From: a candidate division WOR-3 bacterium
Lineage (GTDB): Bacteria; Hydrothermota; Tepidihabitantia; Tepidihabitantales; Tepidihabitantaceae
NCBI GenBank assembly: GCA_026397595.1
Contig: JAPLUO010000197.1
Location: 1-59,466, forward strand
Length of the DNA stretch: 59,466 bases
Direction: 5' to 3'
Numbering within the stretch: position 1 is the first letter of the stretch; each line of letters opens with the position of its first letter. A model generated the notes under the pieces. It was not told where the DNA came from, ran no database searches, and saw only the letters and a list, made by a program, of their open reading frames with translations. Position numbers and translations under genes: made by a program. This document shows positions 50,514 through 57,350 of this stretch, one piece after another.

Positions 50514-51575
50514 ATGGTCAGGTCGTCCGAACCCAAGGCCACCTTGACAGACGCTAGTACTAGGCCGGCGTCATCGAGAGCCCCGATCGGAGATGCTCGA
50601 GGTAGCACTTGTGCTCTAGAGCTGCAGGTCCGTAGATACGCGTTCGTACCGCTTCTGATCTGTATGGTCCTGCGCACTGCGGGGGGCTCGCTGATAGACG
50701 AGAACAGCATCTCGCCCCAGGCTGACTCGATGCTGTCCGATACTGTGTTCACGCATCCAAACCCGTTAATGTGGGGGAGCATCCGACCGCCCAAGGGCTG
50801 GCAGACGTGGTCCTACAGCGACTACACCATGGAGCTGTCCGCACCGGGGGGCGCGAAACTCCGGATCACACGCTTGCCTATGGGTAGCTGCGATGTCGGC
50901 CAACCGCTGTCGATGCGCCGCCAGGTGGCAGAGCGGTTACGGAGGCGCTTTCCCGGGACCGTGGTCACCGTGGAGTCAACCACCGCCTTCGGCAAACCCG
51001 CGACTGCTCTGCATCTGGTTTTGCCGAGCGGAGATGTCCGCGACCAGATCAGGTATGCGGATCGGTCCGACCTGGTGACAATCGAGTACCGCGCGGACAG
51101 CTCGAACTACCACCGCCTGCTCCCGCTGGTGAAGGTCAGCCTGCTAACGCTCAACTGCGGCCGTGCGGTTCAGCGTGTGAGGTTGGCCCGTATGTACTTG
51201 GCGATGGGATGCAGCACCTGGGCGGCGGCTGAAGTCGCTCAGGGCCTACGCGATGCCCCCAGCGACAGCGAACTGCAGCAACTTGCGCGCGCCTCAAATC
51301 GGATTGACACGACTGCCACGCAGGGCGACCGCGTACCTGATAGAAGACGACCACCACTAGAGAACCTGGTGAGTGGGGTGATCGATGCGCTCATCGCACC
51401 GCTGCGCCAGTTGACGGTTTCCTGTGATCGATCGCGACGGTATGAACCCACCCAGATGCTGGGGCAGCGTTGGTCAACTCGAGGTTTCTGGTACCGCTGT
51501 GGTGTAGTGATGGGCTTCGCTCTTATTCTGCTCATCGTTGGCGGATGGGGTGTGTATCGGAGGAACCGGCGATGA
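50514..51575 (+). CDS. hypothetical protein with C-terminal TM anchor
   Basis: 353-aa ORF with its own promoter and a C-terminal helix (VVMGFALILLIVGGWGVY). No family recognised. Confidence 0.5.
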   Translation: MVRSSEPKATLTDASTRPASSRAPIGDARGSTCALELQVRRYAFVPLLICMVLRTAGGSLIDENSISPQADSMLSDTVFTHPNPLMWGSIRPPKGWQTWSYSDYTMELSAPGGAKLRITRLPMGSCDVGQPLSMRRQVAERLRRRFPGTVVTVESTTAFGKPATALHLVLPSGDVRDQIRYADRSDLVTIEYRADSSNYHRLLPLVKVSLLTLNCGRAVQRVRLARMYLAMGCSTWAAAEVAQGLRDAPSDSELQQLARASNRIDTTATQGDRVPDRRRPPLENLVSGVIDALIAPLRQLTVSCDRSRRYEPTQMLGQRWSTRGFWYRCGVVMGFALILLIVGGWGVYRRNRR

Positions 51576-51614
51576 CCATCACTGCCGGCTGCCCGCCATC
51601 GGTGCCAGCGGGGG

Positions 51615-51920
51615 GTGCAAGTCGGGACGTGGATGCTCGCGACACTCGCGCGGGCGGCACACAAGCCGTTCTACGTGGTGGCGCCGTCCTCGACCTTTGA
51701 CCTCGCGACCCGGACCGGACGGCAGATTGCGGTCGAGGAAAGGAATGGGGAAGAGGTTAGGGCATTCGCCGGCTGCCGCGCCGCGCCGGCCCCGACCGTC
51801 GTATTCAACCCGGCCTTTGACGTTACTCCGGCCCGCCTCATCACCGGCTTCATCACCGACCGCGGCATCCTCACGTCGCCGTTCCGCCAGAGCATCGCTC
51901 GGCTGTTGGCACGCGCCTAG
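51615..51920 (+). pseudogene. mtnA: duplicated 3' fragment of mtnA
   Basis: TRMLATLARAA.KPFYVVAPSSTFD...FNPAFDVTPARLI.GFITDRGIL is shared with mtnA. There are 29 mismatches and no gaps in about 270 nt aligned by eye (49920-50189 vs 51621-51890). Confidence 0.8.
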
Positions 51921-51930
51921 CGGCGGGGCA

Positions 51931-51969
51931 ACAGAAAAGACGCGGCCCGGGCAGGAATGCCCGGGCCGT
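51931..51969 (-). terminator. intrinsic (possibly bidirectional) terminator
   Basis: An 11-12 bp perfect GC stem, GCGGCCCGGGCA-ggaa-TGCCCGGGCCG. It is flanked by an A-run on the plus strand, which is a T-run for the minus-strand cyclophilin operon. Confidence 0.7.
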
Positions 51970-51985
51970 GATGATTGTCGTCAGG

Positions 51986-52693
51986 CTAGTCGGTGGTGAC
52001 GAAGACCTGTTCCATGACAACCGGTGTGAGCGGCTTGTCCGTGGGAGCGCCCGCGGTCTTCACCGTTGCGAGTTTGTCCAGCACGTCCATACCTTCCTTG
52101 AGCTGGCCGATGACCGTGTACTGGCCGTCAAGCTGGGGTGTGGGTTGGAAGCAGATGTAGAATTGGCTGCCGGATGAGCGTCTCTCCGGGTTGACATTGT
52201 CCCCGGTGCGCGCCATCGCCATCGAGCCTTTGTCGTGACGGCGCTTGATTTCCGCGGGCACGGTGTAGCCCGGCCCGCCGGTTCCGTTGCCGGACGGGTC
52301 GCCGCCCTGGATCATGAAGCCCGGGATGAGTCGGTGGAATACCAGGCCGTTGTAGAACCCCTTGATGCCGAGGTTCGCGACGTTGGTGACGTTCAAGGGC
52401 GCGTCTTTGGTGTAGAACTGGATCTTCATCGTCCCGTAGTCCTTGACCTTGATGGTCAGGTACAGGTTCTCGGGAAGTTTGGTTGCGACGAGCGTGTCTT
52501 TAAGCATACCTTTTGCCGCCGGGGGCGGGGTTACGGACTTGGCTGCAGTTGTGTCGGCCGGCGCGGCCGGCTTGATTGTGTCGGCGGCCAAGGCGGGCGG
52601 CTCAGCCGGCGGCTTGGCCACGGGCTGAGTCGGCTTGGGCGTACCGCAGCCGACAACGAGCAGCACGACCAGTATTGTCAGAAGCCACTTCAT
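51986..52693 (-). CDS. cyclophilin-type peptidyl-prolyl isomerase, lipoprotein
   Basis: Lipobox VVGCG, a Pro/Ala-rich linker, and FHRLIPGFMIQGGDPSGNGTGGPGY. Confidence 0.88.
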   Translation of the reverse strand: MKWLLTILVVLLVVGCGTPKPTQPVAKPPAEPPALAADTIKPAAPADTTAAKSVTPPPAAKGMLKDTLVATKLPENLYLTIKVKDYGTMKIQFYTKDAPLNVTNVANLGIKGFYNGLVFHRLIPGFMIQGGDPSGNGTGGPGYTVPAEIKRRHDKGSMAMARTGDNVNPERRSSGSQFYICFQPTPQLDGQYTVIGQLKEGMDVLDKLATVKTAGAPTDKPLTPVVMEQVFVTTD

Positions 52694-52708
52694 CGAAACG
52701 GACCTCCT

Positions 52709-54745
52709 TTAGTTGCTTGCATGTCCTTGCCGGGATGAACCGTGCGTCACGACGAACTTGTGCCGGGAGGCACCGGTCGCGGTCTCAAGTTCCGCCAGAT
52801 AGACACCGGGTGCGAGCCCGGCTGCCTCGGTGTCCACCGTATACTGCGTCGGTTTGCCTCCGGTCGGGTAACATTTTACCGTCCGACCCGCAATGTCAAT
52901 GATTTTCAAGTCTCGGCTGTCGGCCGGAAGCGTGACGTGCAGTACGCGGTAGGCCGGATTGGGCCATACCGATGTCGATCCGGAGGGCGGAAGACGAAAG
53001 GCGAAAGGCGAAACGGCGCCGGCAGGGGGTGAGCGGTACGACACGGCATCAAGGTCGAGGCCGGCTCTTGGGTCAGAGGGTGAGCCGGTGCTGTCACAGA
53101 CGATGCGCAGGTAGCAGGCGGAGTCGAGGCCGGCCGAGCCCAGGTCGAATGAGGCGGTGCCGCTAGCGTGGCCGATCCTGTTCCACAAACCGGTCCAGTC
53201 GTTGGCGGCGTACAGCCAGTAGCCGTCCGCGACGCTATCACCGTCAAAGACCGTAATGTCGTTGCCCGGCAGATTCCTCATTGTCCTATCGCGGCCCGCA
53301 CTGAGGCAGACATCGCCTTTCCGGCCCAGCGAGAAGTAGCGGCCGTCGGGCGCGCCCAGTGCGTAGATGGAGGTCGTGGGCATGACCTTGGTCGAGTCCC
53401 CGTTGTTCAGCCAGACCATTTCTTCGATGTAGACTTGTCCTGACGTGTCGGGCGCGAGGTCGAAATCAGCAGTCGCCCTGCCTCCGGCCGGCACGACCAC
53501 ACCGGCGACCGTCTTGGGCAGAAAACCCTGCGCGTGGGCGGTCAGCGTGTAGGTGCCGGGCTGAAGCAGGTGGTCGTAGTCGCCGAGTGCATGGTCGGTG
53601 TAGCAGTCCCAGCGCACCGGGCTGTCAACCGATATGCGGGCGAAGAGCGGCGCGCCGGTCAACGAGTCGCGGACCACGCCGCTTGCTCCCTGGCGGCAGG
53701 CGCGAATCATGCCGAGCAGTGCCCGGCGGTTGGCAACGCAAATCGAGTCTATCTGGGCCTGCTCAGATTGATGCGGCCTCTGTGTCTCAATCGTGTAGGC
53801 GAAGTTGCCGAAGAGGCCGAATCCGGCATCCTGGCACGATCCGTCCACCTCGTACCAGCCATAGCCGTTGATGGGCTCAAGCAGTGTCGTGCCCGAGCCG
53901 TAGGTCGAGTCCGCGTACTGTTGGGCCAGAGCCATGATAGAGCCGGAGTCGGGCGGGTCGGCCGGGTGGTTGTCCCAAAGGTAGTTGACATACGACGAGG
54001 CCGAGTGGTACGCGAATTCCATGCAGATGTTGTTGTCCATGCTGTGCTGCCGGATGAAGCGCGTCTCCGGCTGCGAGAATGGACTCGGGCTCCCGCCCAT
54101 TCCGCTCCAGCGATAGCCGTAGTCGCGGTTCAGGTCAACGCCTTTGGCGTTGGAACGGTCACTCGCGATGAAGCCGTCCACGTTGACAATCGGGATGACC
54201 CAGAGCTCGGTTGAGTCCACCAGGTTGTGGATTGAGGTGCTGGTGTCGTAGCTTGCCAGTACGTATTGCAGGAACGAGAGCGTGATTTCGGTCGCAATCT
54301 TCTCATCGCCGTGATGCGGGCCGAGGACCCGGAACTCGGGTTCGGCTTCTTCAGTGAGCGAGTTGTCGGTCACCCGCATCGCCAGAATCAGGCTGTCGTT
54401 GGCACTCCGGCCGATGGTGTCGAGCCGGCAGATGAGCGGGTAGGCCTGGACCAGGCTGACCATGGTGCTGCAGACTTGCGCGTAGGTCCGGTAGTCGAAC
54501 TGCGCCGAGTCGGTCCATGCCTGGTAGTCCGGGATGGTGACTATCGGTGAATAGCCGAGGGCGCGGAGCCGGACAAGGTCGGCGTCAGTGACAAGCACGC
54601 GGGCGGAGCCGTCGGCGACGCTGATGATGGTCAGGTCGTGCGGCAACTGATATACGGCAGCGTGGCTGGGGAGCTGGACTTCGGCCACGCGCCGGGCCTG
54701 CCCGGGCGCGCCGAGAAGCAGCAGGGCGGCGACGATGAGATTCAC
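52709..54745 (-). CDS. M14-family zinc carboxypeptidase with T9SS C-terminal sorting domain
   Basis: GPHHGDEKIATE (HxxE) and the M14 core. The C-terminal ~80 aa (VWPNPAYRVLHV...IIDIAGRTV...LAPGVYLAEL) resembles a type-A Por sorting domain. Confidence 0.75.
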   Translation of the reverse strand: MNLIVAALLLLGAPGQARRVAEVQLPSHAAVYQLPHDLTIISVADGSARVLVTDADLVRLRALGYSPIVTIPDYQAWTDSAQFDYRTYAQVCSTMVSLVQAYPLICRLDTIGRSANDSLILAMRVTDNSLTEEAEPEFRVLGPHHGDEKIATEITLSFLQYVLASYDTSTSIHNLVDSTELWVIPIVNVDGFIASDRSNAKGVDLNRDYGYRWSGMGGSPSPFSQPETRFIRQHSMDNNICMEFAYHSASSYVNYLWDNHPADPPDSGSIMALAQQYADSTYGSGTTLLEPINGYGWYEVDGSCQDAGFGLFGNFAYTIETQRPHQSEQAQIDSICVANRRALLGMIRACRQGASGVVRDSLTGAPLFARISVDSPVRWDCYTDHALGDYDHLLQPGTYTLTAHAQGFLPKTVAGVVVPAGGRATADFDLAPDTSGQVYIEEMVWLNNGDSTKVMPTTSIYALGAPDGRYFSLGRKGDVCLSAGRDRTMRNLPGNDITVFDGDSVADGYWLYAANDWTGLWNRIGHASGTASFDLGSAGLDSACYLRIVCDSTGSPSDPRAGLDLDAVSYRSPPAGAVSPFAFRLPPSGSTSVWPNPAYRVLHVTLPADSRDLKIIDIAGRTVKCYPTGGKPTQYTVDTEAAGLAPGVYLAELETATGASRHKFVVTHGSSRQGHASN
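52986..53020. repeat. short heptamer array in frame in the peptidase
   Basis: GACGAAA GGCGAAA GGCGAAA CGGCGCC, encoding ...SPFAFRLPP... on the minus strand just before the sorting domain. Confidence 0.6.
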
Positions 54746-54751
54746 GAGCGA

Positions 54752-57139
54752 CTAGTGTAGCAGGACCAGCTTGCTGGTCAAACTCCCTTGCGGCGTGGCG
54801 GAGCGAAGGAAGTAGGCGCCGGGAGGCAAGTCGGAAGTGGAAAGGGGAAATGGCGAAGTCGAGACCGTGAAGGACCGGACGAAGCGGCCGGAGGCATCGT
54901 ACAGGGACAACGATGAACGATGAGCGATGAACGATGAACCGGAGATGCGGACGGTCGCGCGGCCGTGGCAGGGGTTGGGGGATACGAAGAGGGAAGCGGG
55001 AGGAGGGAGGAGGGAGGAGTGGGGCTCGGCCAGTCCGACCCCGGGTGCGCGGAACAGAATGCTCGTGGAATCGGCCGGCACGTGCTTGAGCGGGTTGGCG
55101 TCGTACACGTATTGCTGGTACCAGTTCCAACTGCCGTCATCGCCCTGGATTCCGACGGTGCTGCTCGTGGCGTCGGCAGTAACATCGAGGTAGTTGAACC
55201 GGATATTGCCACTGTGTTCGAGGATGACTTGGAACGTGAGCAGGCCGGTGTCCGGCTGCGCTCGCGCAGCGCCGACCCATGTGTAGACTGCCTGTTCGCT
55301 CGTGAGGTTCTCGTAGACTTGTCCGGTGTCGCGGAGAGAGATGTCGTCCCAGAACGGCGCGATGATGTCGGTGATGTCCTCGAAGGGAAGCGGGAAATTG
55401 AGGCCGGCAATGCTGTTCGAGGTCTGGATGTAGCCGTTGGTGCATACGTGGACGCGGTCGGTCGAGTCCCCGTAGAAACGAAACTTGAACGGCAGGTGAC
55501 GGCGGGAAGTGCCCTCGTCCGGGTTCGGGTTCCAGTCGTCAATAACGGTTCCCCCGGCCGTGTCGAACCACGAGAACGCGACCGAGTCCGGTTCCTGTGA
55601 TGATTCGTAGACGTAACCGAACCCGTCCGGGTCGCTGCCCGTGGTCGTGCGCGAGCGCTGGCGGCTGGTGTCGTTGCCCGGGTTTTCGTCACCGGTGAGA
55701 CTGACAAAGGCAGTGGCGTGGAACACGGTCCGCTCCGAGGGCAGGAAGACGCCGAAGTCAACCTGTTGACTCGAGTCCGGCGCGAGTTGGAGCACGGTGT
55801 CCCGGTCGAATACCGGAGCCTGGGTGGCGGAGTCGAGAATCGTAATACGGGCAGTCGGGGTTTCGCCGGCAGCGCCGAAGTTGCGAATCAGCACCAGAAC
55901 CGGGCAGGGGTCGTCCGGGACCAACCTGCCCGAGGGCGAGACGACGCCGGCTACGCCGACATCATGCGCGAAACTCGTCATGTCGAGGTACTCAGTGGTC
56001 TGCGAGTACGGTGCGGCGCCGGGATAGCCGCCGGGGACGTAGATGCGACCGGCCGGGTCGGTGCCGGTGCCGAAGACGCTGGAGACCGGGTGCGGCTTGG
56101 CGGCGCGTTCGTGCCACAGGCCGGTGGCGGCCCCGACCGACCAGACGTCGGAGAGGGCGGAGAAGGATGAAGGCTGAAGGATGAAGGATGAAGACGGAAG
56201 GCCCAAGGCGGGATGCTGTATGCCGTATGCTGTATGCCGTATGCTCTCCGCGGCTGTGCCGTCCAGCGTGAGCCCGCCGATGACGTACAGTTCGTTGTTG
56301 ACCACGCCGCAGGCGGCGCGGCAGCGGCGGGGTCCGGGCAGAGTGTCGAGTTCGGACCAGTAGATAACCGTGGGACTTACGGGGTCGATGAGGCCCATCC
56401 ACGCCTTGTTGGTCGGACCCGAATCGGTCCAGCCGGTCGCGACCAGAATCGTGTCGCCCACGATGCCGCAGGCCATGGCGCCGAGCGGCTCAGGCAAGGG
56501 CGTTGCCGGGTACCAAGTGCTGGTCGCCGCGTCGAAGAACTTGACCGTATCGGTCGGCGGCATTGAGGGATGCCAACTGCCACCGCCCAGCGTGAAAATC
56601 AGGCTGTCGCGCCAGACCACGGTGCCGAAGTCGTACAGGCCTTCCGGCATGTTCGGGCCGACCGTCCACGTATCCGCGGCCGGGTCGTAGACTTCGACGT
56701 CGGCCAGCCCGGTGCCGAACGTCCGGCACCCGCCGAGCACATAGACCTGTCCCTTCACAGTGCACGCCTGTCCCAGCCCACGGCGCTGGGACATGGCGGC
56801 GCGCTGGCGCCACGAGTTTGGCTGCGGCGAATACTCGATGCACAGTCGTTCCATCGTGTCGGAAGGCGAACGCTGGCCGCCGATTGCATAGAGCCGAGGG
56901 CCGGAATCGGTCGAGGCGAACGCGGTCATGTGGAAGGCACGGGGACCGGGCAGCGGCGCGACTTCAAACCACTCGTTGCCGTCCGTCACCGAGCCCGCCA
57001 AGACGGTGCAATAGACCAGGACCAACGCCATCGCCAGGAAAATGGTGCGGCCCGAGTCGAGTCCGCTACATCCGCGCCGGTCCGTATTCTGCATCACAAG
57101 GTCGTGACTGAGGTTACCACTTGGTGTTGTAAGAGTCAA
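54752..57139 (-). CDS. Kelch-repeat protein with T9SS C-terminal sorting domain
   Basis: Kelch-like blades (RLYAIGG, VYVLGG, ELYVIGG) and the C-terminus LFVSPNPCHGRATVRI...LYDASGRFV...PPGAYFL. The likely true start is ATG 57094 (MQNTDRR..., signal peptide). Confidence 0.75.
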   Translation of the reverse strand: MTLTTPSGNLSHDLVMQNTDRRGCSGLDSGRTIFLAMALVLVYCTVLAGSVTDGNEWFEVAPLPGPRAFHMTAFASTDSGPRLYAIGGQRSPSDTMERLCIEYSPQPNSWRQRAAMSQRRGLGQACTVKGQVYVLGGCRTFGTGLADVEVYDPAADTWTVGPNMPEGLYDFGTVVWRDSLIFTLGGGSWHPSMPPTDTVKFFDAATSTWYPATPLPEPLGAMACGIVGDTILVATGWTDSGPTNKAWMGLIDPVSPTVIYWSELDTLPGPRRCRAACGVVNNELYVIGGLTLDGTAAESIRHTAYGIQHPALGLPSSSFILQPSSFSALSDVWSVGAATGLWHERAAKPHPVSSVFGTGTDPAGRIYVPGGYPGAAPYSQTTEYLDMTSFAHDVGVAGVVSPSGRLVPDDPCPVLVLIRNFGAAGETPTARITILDSATQAPVFDRDTVLQLAPDSSQQVDFGVFLPSERTVFHATAFVSLTGDENPGNDTSRQRSRTTTGSDPDGFGYVYESSQEPDSVAFSWFDTAGGTVIDDWNPNPDEGTSRRHLPFKFRFYGDSTDRVHVCTNGYIQTSNSIAGLNFPLPFEDITDIIAPFWDDISLRDTGQVYENLTSEQAVYTWVGAARAQPDTGLLTFQVILEHSGNIRFNYLDVTADATSSTVGIQGDDGSWNWYQQYVYDANPLKHVPADSTSILFRAPGVGLAEPHSSLLPPPASLFVSPNPCHGRATVRISGSSFIAHRSSLSLYDASGRFVRSFTVSTSPFPLSTSDLPPGAYFLRSATPQGSLTSKLVLLH
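54827..55025. repeat. three heptamer arrays in frame within the Kelch-protein sorting-domain region
   Basis: GAAGTGG AAAGGGG AAATGGC GAAGTCG; ATGAACG ATGAGCG ATGAACG ATGAACC; GGAGGGA x3. Confidence 0.75.
56151..56248. repeat. heptamer array, 14 units, in frame in the Kelch domain
   Basis: GGATGAA GGCTGAA GGATGAA GGATGAA ... TGCTGTA TGCCGTA TGCTGTA TGCCGTA, encoding HTAYGIQHPALGLPSSSFILQPSSFSAL on the minus strand. Confidence 0.85.
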
Positions 57140-57316
57140 CAGGCAGATTCCCGCAGGCCCGCCCGACCCTCGGCCGGTGGTTTGACAGCAAGCCGAGGTG
57201 GGGGAGGGGAGATGAGGGTTAGGCGGGAGGCCGCAGGATGTCGGAGTGTCACCGACGGTTCGCGACCATCTGACGGCTCTAGGAGTGGCGCTGCAGCCAC
57301 GTACTTCCCACCTGTC

Positions 57317-57344
57317 TTGACTCGGAGTCCGAACGGCCTATTCT
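57317..57344 (+). promoter_or_regulatory. sigma70-like promoter (TTGACT-16-TATTCT), leaderless relative to ATG 57351
   Basis: The -10 ends 6 nt before the ATG. Confidence 0.55.
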
Positions 57345-57350
57345 CAGCCC

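Noticed and set aside
49920-51920. Mobile-element call (IS/transposon/integron cassette) for the insertions bracketed by duplications
   Set aside because: I could recognise no transposase, integrase, terminal inverted repeats or attC-like site. The flanking repeats are pieces of the host gene rather than element ends, so I report the geometry without naming an element class.
57111-57139. TTGACT-17-TAACCT promoter overlapping the first codons of the 795-aa Kelch ORF
   Set aside because: I used it only as a hint that the real start is ATG 57094. The -10 is weak and the 16-nt leader lacks an SD, so I did not list it as a feature.
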